Of a DNA stretch of 64,000 nucleotides, positions 47,651-57,100 are shown one piece after another (positions within the stretch are counted from its first letter, which is position 1; the number at the start of each line of letters is the position of its first letter). The position numbers and the translations under genes were made by a program. Where the stretch lies: NCBI GenBank assembly GCA_963851035.1, contig CAWKNY010000003.1, positions 25,293-89,292 of the forward strand, written 5' to 3'. The DNA is from an uncultured Verrucomicrobiae bacterium (GTDB lineage: Bacteria; Verrucomicrobiota; Verrucomicrobiia; Chthoniobacterales; Terrimicrobiaceae). The notes under the pieces are model-generated. The model had not been told where the DNA came from. It made no database searches and worked only from the letters and a program-made list of their open reading frames with translations.

Positions 47651-47730
47651 CCAGAGCAGCTCTCTCGGAATTTTGCGAAAAGGCACCACCCAATACGCTT
47701 TGCTAATCTAGATCTAATATCCGGCCACGC

Positions 47731-50388
47731 TTACGCATTCTGTGGTGAGGTTTCGATGAGGTCCCACGGCGAAGCGATGCGACCAGCGTCCCAGGCCGCC
47801 TGCAATTCTGCTTCCGGCAGCAGTTGTTTCAGCGCGGCCACGGACGCTTCGAGTTGGGTCTTCTCCTTAGCGAGCAATTGCGTGCCAAGGTTTTCGCGCA
47901 TGGCTTCGGTGGCGCCGAACAGGCGCGCGGCTTGTTTGGGTTGATTGATTCCGAGAGCGAGGTTGGCGTGGCCCTCAAGGATGTAGGGCAGAATCCAACG
48001 GTTCCCGAGTTCGCGGGTAATTCGAGTCCACTCAGCGAGCGCGCTTCGAGCGCGCGAATAGTCTTTCTGAGCGATAGCGACTTCTGTGATGCCCCAGAGG
48101 ATGAGGCCGATAATCCATTGGTCGCCAAGGCGTTCGTAGATGGTCAGGCTTTGCTCCTTGAGATCGCGCGCGCGGACTAGGTCGCCGCGGTCCATGGCGA
48201 TGCTGCCCAGACCACTTAGTCCCCCGGCCTCGACATAGGTTTCGCCGATCTTCCGTCCAACCTCCAATGCGCGCTGGAAGCGGCGCTCGGCCTCGTCAAG
48301 ATGGCTGTCGCCCCGGTCAAGAAAACCGATCAGCATGTCGGCGAGGGCGGAGCCGGCTTCGTCGCCAAGCGCGTCATATACTTGCTGTGCTTCCGCACAG
48401 TATTTCCGGGCATCGTCGTAGCGATCGTCGGCCCACGCGATCCGGCTGACCGCGATACGACCCGCGGCCTTGTAACGGGGTGTGACCTCTGCATCCGGCA
48501 ATGCCAGGAGACGCATTGCGATATCCCACGCCTCAGCCAGATTACCCCGGACTTCGATGACGCGGTACAAGGCGGCGATCAGGCGCAGACCGGCTTCGGT
48601 TTTTTGAGATTTGATGGTCCATTCCGCAGCAAAGCGAAAATTGAAGAGATCGCTCTCCCAGCGGTCGAGCCATGACCTCTGGTCGGGGCCTTGGAGGTGA
48701 GGCGCGGCTTCCTCCGCGAAGGCGAGGAAGTAGTCCAAATGTCGGTTGCGCACGGCGGGAGCTTCACCGGAGGCGTCGAGTTTTTCCCGCGAGTAGTGCC
48801 AGACCGTTTCGATCATCGTATAGCGGGGATTTCCCGAGTCATCGAGCTCCACGGTGATGAGGGACTTATCGACGAGCTGTTCGAGCAAATCGAGCATCTC
48901 GAAGTCCTCGAGGCCGTCTCCAGAACAAACCTTCTCGAGAGCTTCGAGAGTGCGCCCGCCGGCGAAGACTCCCATCCGGCGAAAGGCGATGCGTTCCTTT
49001 TCCGAGAGAAGGTCGTGGCTCCAGTCGATGAGGGTTTGGAGCGTTTGCTGATGCGGAAGGCCGTCCCGGGCTCCACCACGCAGGAGACGGAAACGATCGT
49101 CCAGTCGTGAAGCGATCTGCTCGACGCTGAGCAGCTTGACGCGCGCAGCGGCGAGTTCGATGGCGAGCGGAATGCCATCGAGACGGCTACAGATTTCTGC
49201 GATCGCGGGAGCACTCGCTTTGGTGATGGTGAAATCCGAGCGCACCGCAACAGCGCGCGCGACGAAGAGCTTTACCGCCTCGTATTGTGAGAGTCGTTTG
49301 GCGAAGTCCTCGCCGCGAAAATCGTCGGGGCCAAAATCGAGGACTTGAAGCGGAGGGACGCGGAAAATGGCTTCGCCTCCGATACCCATCACATGCCGGC
49401 TGGTGGCGAGGATCTTGAGTCGCGGACAAGAGCGCAGAAGTTCTCCAGCAAGAGCTGAAGCGGCCGACAGCAAATGCTCACAATTATCCAGCAACACCAG
49501 AATGCTCTTGGCGCGGAGAAAGTTTACGAGGGTCGAGTGCAATGGGCGATCCGGCTCCTGGCGGACGCCCACGGCGGCGGCAACGGCTTCCACCACGCGG
49601 TCGGCCTCGGCAATGAGCGCCAGCTCGACCAGCCAGACACCGTCGCGAAAATCATGGATGACCTGAGCGCCGGCTTCCAGCGCAAGTCGGGTCTTGCCCG
49701 TGCCGCCTGTCCCCATCAATGTCAAGAGCCGGGCGTCCGCGAGAAGAGTTTTCACTTCCTCCAACTGCTTTTCGCGTCCGACGAAGCTGGTGCTTTGCAC
49801 AGGGAGATTGTTGGGCAGGGCCTCCATGCTTCTCGGCGGGGGGAAAGATTCAGCGAGACCCTGAACCACCACCTGATACAAGTGCTCCGGTCTGTCCAGA
49901 TTGCGCAGGCGATGATTCCCCAAAGACTTGAACGAGATGGCACCAAGCGGCTCATCCTCGAGAAGTTCGACGGCGATTCGCGATAACAAAATCTGGCCGC
50001 CATGGCCAGCTCCCTCGACCCGCGAGACGCGATTCAGGGTGCCTCCAAAATAGTCGCCGTCCCGAAACTCCGCCGGACCCGCGTGGATGCCCATGCGCAC
50101 GGTAAGAGCTCCGATTTCCTTCCAATCCTCGGCGGCGAGCGCGCGCTGCGCGTCGATCGCCGCTTCGAGCGAGTCGCGCGGTGATTGGAACGCCGCGCAG
50201 ACCGAGTCGCCCACCGTCTTGAAAACAAAGCCGGCGTGAGCCTCCACGGCCGATCGGATGAGGTCATCGTGGCGGGCCAGCGCCGCGCCCATGTCGGCGG
50301 GGAATTTTTCCCACAGCCGTGTGCTCCCCACGATATCGGTGAAGAGAAAGCTGACAGTTCCCATGGGCGGCTCGCGCATATGCGGCAA
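47731..50388 (-). CDS. Class III adenylate/guanylate cyclase - STAND-type P-loop ATPase - TPR protein
   Basis: Cyclase motifs FLFTDIVGSTRLW and FKTVGDSVCAAF. P-loop LMGTGGTGKTRLA. A long TPR-like C-terminus. Confidence 0.85.
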   Translation of the reverse strand: MPHMREPPMGTVSFLFTDIVGSTRLWEKFPADMGAALARHDDLIRSAVEAHAGFVFKTVGDSVCAAFQSPRDSLEAAIDAQRALAAEDWKEIGALTVRMGIHAGPAEFRDGDYFGGTLNRVSRVEGAGHGGQILLSRIAVELLEDEPLGAISFKSLGNHRLRNLDRPEHLYQVVVQGLAESFPPPRSMEALPNNLPVQSTSFVGREKQLEEVKTLLADARLLTLMGTGGTGKTRLALEAGAQVIHDFRDGVWLVELALIAEADRVVEAVAAAVGVRQEPDRPLHSTLVNFLRAKSILVLLDNCEHLLSAASALAGELLRSCPRLKILATSRHVMGIGGEAIFRVPPLQVLDFGPDDFRGEDFAKRLSQYEAVKLFVARAVAVRSDFTITKASAPAIAEICSRLDGIPLAIELAAARVKLLSVEQIASRLDDRFRLLRGGARDGLPHQQTLQTLIDWSHDLLSEKERIAFRRMGVFAGGRTLEALEKVCSGDGLEDFEMLDLLEQLVDKSLITVELDDSGNPRYTMIETVWHYSREKLDASGEAPAVRNRHLDYFLAFAEEAAPHLQGPDQRSWLDRWESDLFNFRFAAEWTIKSQKTEAGLRLIAALYRVIEVRGNLAEAWDIAMRLLALPDAEVTPRYKAAGRIAVSRIAWADDRYDDARKYCAEAQQVYDALGDEAGSALADMLIGFLDRGDSHLDEAERRFQRALEVGRKIGETYVEAGGLSGLGSIAMDRGDLVRARDLKEQSLTIYERLGDQWIIGLILWGITEVAIAQKDYSRARSALAEWTRITRELGNRWILPYILEGHANLALGINQPKQAARLFGATEAMRENLGTQLLAKEKTQLEASVAALKQLLPEAELQAAWDAGRIASPWDLIETSPQNA

Positions 50389-50468
50389 TATCGAGAGGGG
50401 ACTTCTCGCGTAAAGGCAATAGGCGCGCTTTACGCGGATGGCCTGGCTCCGGAAGGTAGACGGAAACT

Positions 50469-51218
50469 CTACTGCCGGCCGGAAATGTGAGCGAGATAGG
50501 CAGCTCCGATGATGCCAGCCTCGTTGCGCATTTGCGCAGGAACGACGATCACCTCCGTCTTCGTGGACAGGTACGGGAAGAATTTTTCCGCCTTCTTGCT
50601 GATCCCGCCGCCCATGATGAAGAGATCGGGCGAGAAGAGCCTTTCCATCTCGTTGAGAAATTCACTGAGCCTCTTCGCCCACTGCTTCCAGGAAAGCTTC
50701 TTTTCCTCGCGCATCTTTTCCGACGCGCGCTTCTCGGCTTCCTTGCCGCGGATCATGAGATGACCGAACTCGGTATTCGGGACGAGCTTGCCATCCAGGA
50801 ATATCGCCGATCCGATGCCCGTGCCCAAGGTCAGCAAAATGACGACACCATGGCGATTCTTGCCGGCGCCAAACTGGATTTCGGCCACCCCCGCCGCGTC
50901 CGCGTCGTTGACCACTGTGACCGGTCCGCCCACGTGCTGGGAAAAGAGCTCACCAGCATTCGTGCCGATCCAGGAACGGTCCACATTGGCGGCCGTATAA
51001 GTGACGCCGTGCTTGACGACCGCGGGAAAGGTCACTCCGGCCGGACCTCGATAATTGAAGTGCAAGGCGATCTGCTCGACGACGTCGGCCACTGCGTTTG
51101 GCACCGCAGGCTGCGGGGTGTCGATCCGAAAGCGCTCCGCAACGAGCTGGCCTGTTTCCACGTCAACCGGAGCGCCTTTGATTCCGGTCCCACCGATGTC
51201 GATTCCAAGAAGCGTCAC
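50469..51218 (-). CDS. ppgK: Polyphosphate/ATP glucokinase (ROK family)
   Basis: [28 protein letters not shown]. 249 aa. Confidence 0.85.
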   Translation of the reverse strand: MTLLGIDIGGTGIKGAPVDVETGQLVAERFRIDTPQPAVPNAVADVVEQIALHFNYRGPAGVTFPAVVKHGVTYTAANVDRSWIGTNAGELFSQHVGGPVTVVNDADAAGVAEIQFGAGKNRHGVVILLTLGTGIGSAIFLDGKLVPNTEFGHLMIRGKEAEKRASEKMREEKKLSWKQWAKRLSEFLNEMERLFSPDLFIMGGGISKKAEKFFPYLSTKTEVIVVPAQMRNEAGIIGAAYLAHISGRQ

Positions 51219-51347
51219 AGCATTTATCCTCCTGTCTGTCTGCTAGAAAACAGAACTTGCAGTATTCTGCGAGAAAATATCAAACGCTCTTGAACCAACC
51301 GAGGCGCGCCGGCCCTGTCCTGGTTATGCAGCTGTTTGAAGGCAGCG

Positions 51348-51563
51348 CTAAGGCCTCCACAATGCGGCGTCGATGATCGACCACAGGTGCATGATCCAGC
51401 CCATCCAGATGAGCCACAGAAGCGCGGCAGCCACAAAGAACACCAACGCGCGCAGAGGTCGCCCTTGGATCAGCTGACCGAGGCCTGGAATGAAGAAGCT
51501 CGCCAGCGCGGCGATAACGTTTCCGGAAGATCCTTGTCCTACACTCATGGAAGAAGTTTCCAT
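51348..51563 (-). CDS. Small two-TM membrane protein
   Basis: 71 aa: FIPGLGQLIQGR followed by a second hydrophobic helix. Confidence 0.5.
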   Translation of the reverse strand: METSSMSVGQGSSGNVIAALASFFIPGLGQLIQGRPLRALVFFVAAALLWLIWMGWIMHLWSIIDAALWRP

Positions 51564-51595
51564 GACATAAGCCGCCCTGTCCAGTGCTTGCTATC

Positions 51596-52372
51596 TCACG
51601 CCGAGGGCACGCGCGCCGTAAAGGAGCTTAAGAGTGACCGAACAATGCCTCCCGTAAGGTATTCGGCGACGTCATCAACAAATCGAAGGAAGTCCACGGC
51701 TGCGGAATGGTCTGCCTGATCGGAGATCACGCGAATGATAGCGTTGGGGATGCCTCCCATTTCGTGGCACACCTGCGCGACGGCGGCGCCTTCCATCTCC
51801 GCGCAAAGCAAACCCGGCAGGGCCTCGCGAAGCTCCGCGGCCTTTTTGGGATCGGCCAGGAATTGGTCCCCGCTTGCGACGAGACCACGGAACACCCGCG
51901 GCCTGTCGATGCCGAAAGCAGCCCGCTTTTCGGGCGTCACCTCATGCAGGAATTCGCCTTGGGTGTATTGAATGGCCGCATCGGAAGCTTCATTGGAGAG
52001 GCCGGTCTCGAAGAAGATCTTTCCGAGCAGCGGGATCTCAAATCTTTGGAAAGCCGGCAGCGGGCTCGCGTCCATATCGTGCTGCACGAGACGATCGGCA
52101 ATGACAATATCTCCGATGCGCAGTCCGGGATCGATCGCACCGGCCAGTCCGGTGAAGAGGATGCGAGTGACGCCGAACCGCTCGAGCAGCAACAGCGTCG
52201 TGATCGCCGCGGAAACCTTCCCGACTCGTGAAAGGACAACGACGACCTCCTGTCCAGCCCAGGTGCCATCGAAAAACGTGCGCATGCCTGCCTCGACAGT
52301 GCGACGCACCGTCATCGAGCGCGCCATCAGCGCGACCTCCTGTGGCATCGCCCCAAGAATTCCGAATTTCAT
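51596..52372 (-). CDS. mtnN: 5'-methylthioadenosine/S-adenosylhomocysteine nucleosidase
   Basis: MKFGILGAMPQEV, AEMEGAAVAQVC, RVISDQAD. Confidence 0.9.
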   Translation of the reverse strand: MKFGILGAMPQEVALMARSMTVRRTVEAGMRTFFDGTWAGQEVVVVLSRVGKVSAAITTLLLLERFGVTRILFTGLAGAIDPGLRIGDIVIADRLVQHDMDASPLPAFQRFEIPLLGKIFFETGLSNEASDAAIQYTQGEFLHEVTPEKRAAFGIDRPRVFRGLVASGDQFLADPKKAAELREALPGLLCAEMEGAAVAQVCHEMGGIPNAIIRVISDQADHSAAVDFLRFVDDVAEYLTGGIVRSLLSSFTARVPSA

Positions 52373-52390
52373 TCCGGATGAGATGCCTTC

Positions 52391-52426
52391 GTGGAGGTGG
52401 TTGTGTCAACCTCGTGTCTAAGAAAT
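52391..52426 (+). repeat. Hairpin (REP-like) repeat copy c, upstream of the SIR2-TIR gene
   Basis: gtggaggtggttgtgtcaacctcgtgtctaagaaat. The stem changes relative to copy d are partly compensatory (gaggtggttg / caacctc). It shares the tail tgtctaagaaat with copy d. Confidence 0.65.
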
Positions 52427-52775
52427 CAACCGGGATGCGCTTCTATGTTTTAGCGAGAGGCGCGGCCACGTCCCGCTGGTCGAATGGCCGACTTATGCCC
52501 GAGTCCGCAAGATCGACAATATGATGGAGGTCCACGCCTCCGTCCGCAGCCTTTAGCTAATAGGTTTAGAGACGCCTGCTTACGGCGCTTCTGCTCCGGG
52601 CGGGCGGGTCGAAGCCGAAGATCTTGCGATGCGCACGCTGAGAGAGGAAAACTGACTGAACAACTGGAAGGCTTGTCTGATAGACAAAGCGATGATTCAT
52701 TTAAGCAAGCGGCCGAGTGTCGGCAGGACCCTTAAGGCTCGGCAGCGTTAAGGAACTCCCGAAAGGAAAGCATGT

Positions 52776-54197
52776 ATGACTCAAGAGACCTCGCAGCCGG
52801 CGGCAGCGGTCGAAGGATTGGATGATTACTTCTGGGACGATCTGCTCGCCTACATCGAAGAGAAGCGGGTCATTCCGATCATCGGCCCCGACTTGATTTC
52901 GGTGGAAGTTGAAGGACGAGAGACGCTGCTTTACCGCTGGCTTGCCCAGCGGCTTGCGCCGCGGCTGAGCGTTCCAGTTCAAGCCCTGCCCGCGGAGTTC
53001 TCACTCAACGAGGTCCTCTGCGAATTCCTAAGCCGTCGCGGGCGGCGCGAGGATGTTTACCCGCGCCTGCGAATGATCATGCGCGAAGCGAGCTTTTCGC
53101 CGCCGGAGGCGCTGCGGCAACTGGCAGCGATCACCGATTTCAATCTTTACGTCGCCACGACTTTCGACTCGTTGTTGGAACAGGCGATCAACGAGGTGCG
53201 GTTCAATGGCAAAATGCGCACTGAAGTGCTCTCCTACGCGCCGAACAAACTGGTGGATCTGCGCTGCGAGAAGGACCGTCTGGAGTATCCAACCGTCTAT
53301 CACCTGCTCGGCAAATTGGCCGCCGCGCCCTCTTACGCAATCTGTGACGAAGATATTCTCGAGTTTATTTGCACGCTACAGTCGGAAAACTTCTGCCCGG
53401 AAACTCTCTTTAGTGAGCTAGAGAACAACAATCTGCTCATCCTCGGTTGCGGGTTCTCGGACTGGCTGGAGCGGTTTTTCCTTCGGATGGCAAAACGGCA
53501 CCGGCTCTCCGATCCCCGCGATGTTCTCGAAGTCGTTGCCGATAGCCACACACCGCGGGACCCGAACCTCGTCGTGTTTCTCCAGCAGGTTAGTAGCCGC
53601 ACCAAAGTCTTTCGCGGCGGCGACGCAAGCGCCTTCATCGGGGAGCTTTGGCGCCGCTGGCAGGCGCGGCAGCCTGCTATAACAGCCGGTGAAATCTCGA
53701 GGCCTCAAGCGTTGCGGTTCTTGCCGCCAGAGCGAGAGATGCCTGAGGGCGCCGTCTTTATCAGCTACGCACGCGAGGACCTCGGGGCTGTGCGGGAACT
53801 TAAAACCGGCCTGGAGCGCGGTCTGACCGGCCTGGACGCCGCCGGTCTGACCGTATGGTTCGACATGGAACGGCTCGGGAGCGGTGACGATTTCGACCGC
53901 AAAATACAGCGTAACATCGCGCGCTGCAGTTTCTTCCTGCCCGTGATCTCGGCAAACACCCAGCGCCGGGAGGAAGGCTACTTCCGCCGCGAATGGCATT
54001 ACGCTGCCGATCGAGACAAGAACATCGCCGAGGGCGCATACTTCATCATTCCCGTGGCCATCGATGAGACTCCCAGTGAAGATGCCAGAGTGCCGGAGTG
54101 CTTCCGTCCGAAGCTTTGGACGCGGCTGCCGGACGGACGCGTCAACCCGGATTTCGCGCAGCGCATGCGTCAGTTAACCGGAAAAGAAGGGTCGTAA
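52776..54197 (+). CDS. SIR2-like (SIR2_2-type) domain fused to a TIR domain
   Basis: SIR2_2-like landmarks: VIPIIGPDLIS, VATTFDSLLEQA, TVYHLLGKL, LLILGCGFSDW (about aa 17-295). TIR landmarks: AVFISYAREDLGAVRELKTGLE, LTVWFDMERLGSGDDFDRKI, SFFLPVISANTQRREEGYFRREW (about aa 325-465). The stop overlaps the next start (TAATG at 54195-54199). Confidence 0.75.
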   Translation: MTQETSQPAAAVEGLDDYFWDDLLAYIEEKRVIPIIGPDLISVEVEGRETLLYRWLAQRLAPRLSVPVQALPAEFSLNEVLCEFLSRRGRREDVYPRLRMIMREASFSPPEALRQLAAITDFNLYVATTFDSLLEQAINEVRFNGKMRTEVLSYAPNKLVDLRCEKDRLEYPTVYHLLGKLAAAPSYAICDEDILEFICTLQSENFCPETLFSELENNNLLILGCGFSDWLERFFLRMAKRHRLSDPRDVLEVVADSHTPRDPNLVVFLQQVSSRTKVFRGGDASAFIGELWRRWQARQPAITAGEISRPQALRFLPPEREMPEGAVFISYAREDLGAVRELKTGLERGLTGLDAAGLTVWFDMERLGSGDDFDRKIQRNIARCSFFLPVISANTQRREEGYFRREWHYAADRDKNIAEGAYFIIPVAIDETPSEDARVPECFRPKLWTRLPDGRVNPDFAQRMRQLTGKEGS

Positions 54198-57100
54198 TGA
54201 AAGGAATCGAACCAAAGCAAGGTATCAGCTCCGAAAATCCGTGGCTTGGCCTGGACGCTTTCACCGAAGATGCTTGCGATTATTTTTTCGGTCGCGACGA
54301 CGAAGTCAGCGAACTGCTGCGCCGAGTGAAGCGAAAGACGCTGACGGTGCTCTTCGGCCAGTCGGGTCTGGGGAAGACCTCGCTCCTGCAGGCTGGGCTT
54401 TTCCCGCGACTGCGGCGCGACAATTTCCTGCCAATTTATGTTCGCTTGGACTTCGCCTCGGAAGCGCCCGGGCTCGTAACGCAGCTCAAGGAACACATCA
54501 CTGACGCGCTCGGGCGCGGCGACTTCGCGGAGGCGCCGGTGCCGGCTGACGGCGAGACGCTCTGGGAATATTTCCACCGGCGCGGCGCCTTGCTGCACAC
54601 CCGAGAGGGCCAGGTTGTGACGCCGGTGCTCGCCTTTGACCAGTTCGAGGAAATTTTCACTATCGGACAGGGAGCTGGTCCTGTCAGCCGGCAATTCTTG
54701 ACCGAGCTGAGCGACCTTATCGAGAACCGCGCACCGGCGGAGTTGGAGAGACGCATGGAGGAAGAACCGGAGCTGGCCGAGCAGTTCGATTTCAGCCACG
54801 TCGCCTATCGGATCCTGCTCAGCCTGCGTGAAGATTACCTGCCTCACCTTGAAACCAAGAACCTGCGGGAGAGGATGCCCTCGCTCATGCAGAATCGGAT
54901 GCGGCTCACGCGCATGAACGGTCGCCAGGCCCTGGAGGCCGTCCTCAAGCCGAGCGGCGAACTCATCTCCCCGGAAATCGCGAAGGAGATCGTCTGCTTT
55001 GTCGCAGGCGCGCAGCCCGACGGGGCCGACGCAGGCATTGAGCAGCTCGAAGTCGAGCCGTCGCTGCTGAGTCTCGTCTGCCGCGAGCTGAATAACAAAC
55101 GGCTCGCGCTTGGCCAAAGCCGGATCACAGCCGATCTGCTGGCGGGCAGCAGCAACGCGATTTTGCAGGATTTCTATGATCGTTGCGTGGCGGATCAGTC
55201 CCGGCCGGTGCGCTGCTTTGTCGAGGACGAATTGCTCACCGACTCGGGCTTTCGGGAAAACGTGGCGCTCGAACGCGCTCGCAAGCTCCTCGAGCAAAGA
55301 GGGGCGCGCGCGAGTGCGATCGATGAACTCGTTGACCGGCGCCTGCTGCGCGTTGAGGAGCGGCTCAACGTCCCCCGCGTCGAGTTGACCCACGACATCC
55401 TCACCGGAGTGGTCCGTACCAGTCGCGATTCGCGCCGCGCCCGCGAAGAAAAAGCCGAGGCCGAACAGCGGCAACACGACGCCGAGGAACAGCGGCGACT
55501 TGCCGAAGAGCGTGAACAGCAAGCGAAAAAGCAGTTGCGCCGAGCGCGGCAGCAGATCACCGCAATCGCGATGCTGATGGTCCTGGCAGTGATCACCGCG
55601 GTGTGGGCCCTGAGCGAACGTTCGCGCGCGGATAACGAACGAAGCCGTGCGGAAAAGCTTCTTGGTGACGTGAAGCTCGCCAAAGGGGCTATTTACCGTG
55701 GGCAAGTCCGCGAGTGTCACACTGCCTGGAAGAGTCGTGACATCGGCCGAGCGCAATCGCTGCTGGACACCCCCGATGTGCGCCCGTGGTCTCCGGCGGA
55801 GGCAGATCTGCGGGGCTGGGAATGGTATTTCCTCAAAGGACTCTGCGACACCGGCAGCCGCAGATTCATCGGCCACAGCGACTACGTGAACGCCGCCGCC
55901 TTCAGTCCAGATGGGCGCTGGATTGCTTCAGCAAGCGGCGATTCTACAGCAAAATTATGGGATGCCGAGACCGGGGAAGTGGTCCGGACCTTTGGCCTCA
56001 AAGGAGAATTCGTTGGCATTGGCACCTGGCTTGATCAGGACTGGCAGTTCAACGTGGTGGTCACGGAAGTGTATCCCGACAGCCCTGCGGATCGCCAGGG
56101 CGGATTGAAGCGCGGAGACCGAATTCTCAGGATTTCGGACGCGTCAGGAAGATTGATCGATGTGTCCCAAAAAGGGCTCAAAGAGGCTTCAGATCTTCTG
56201 CGGGGGAAGGCTGGTAGCGAGGTTGAAATCGAAATCCTGTCGCAGGGCCAGTCAGACAAGAGGACCGTTCGACTGACACGCGCCGAAATGAAATACAAGA
56301 GCGGCCACAGCGGTCCGGCGAGTTGCCTCGCTTTCAGCATCGATGGCAAGCAGCTCGCTACGGGAGGCGATGACGGGACGATCAGGCTCTGGGATGTCGA
56401 GACGGGAAACGAGCTGCAAGCAATCCAGGCGCACCAAAACGGGGTCAGGAGCCTCGCCATCAGCCCCGACGGACGTCTGCTGTGCTCGGCGGGCTACTCC
56501 GACCCGGTGATCAGAGTTTGGGATGCCAATAGCGGCCGAAAAATAGTCGAGTTGCCCGGCCAAGCAAAGCCGGTGAACCATGTAAGCTTTGGCAGGGGTG
56601 GCCGGCTCGTGTCGGGCGGAAATGACGGTGCTGTCGTTATATGGGACGTCGCCAGCGGCCGCGAAATTTCCAGACTGGATGCTGGCGGGCCTGTCTATTC
56701 GGCAGCTCTGAGCTCCGAAGGCCGCTGGTTGGCGGCTGGATTGTATGGCGCAATAGCACTGTGGGATCTGACAGCAACCGTCACGCAGCCGCGCAAACTG
56801 TGGGGGCATCCCAGCTGGATCGATGCGCTGGCTTTCAGTCTCAGCGGAAAGCGCCTGGCCTCTGCGGGCTCCGAGGGGACTGTGAAAATCTGGGATGTCG
56901 GCGAGGGCAAAGAAGTGGGCACCCTAAAGGGTCACACCGCGAGCGTAAAGGGCATTGCATTCAGCCCCCATGGTTGGTCTTTGGTCTCATCGTCAATGGA
57001 TGGGAGCGTACGGCTGTGGGATCTACGCGCGACGACCGTAAACGATCGCAGAACTCTGCAAGACGTCCCGGCGCGGGTGGTTCGGTTCAGCCGGGACGGA

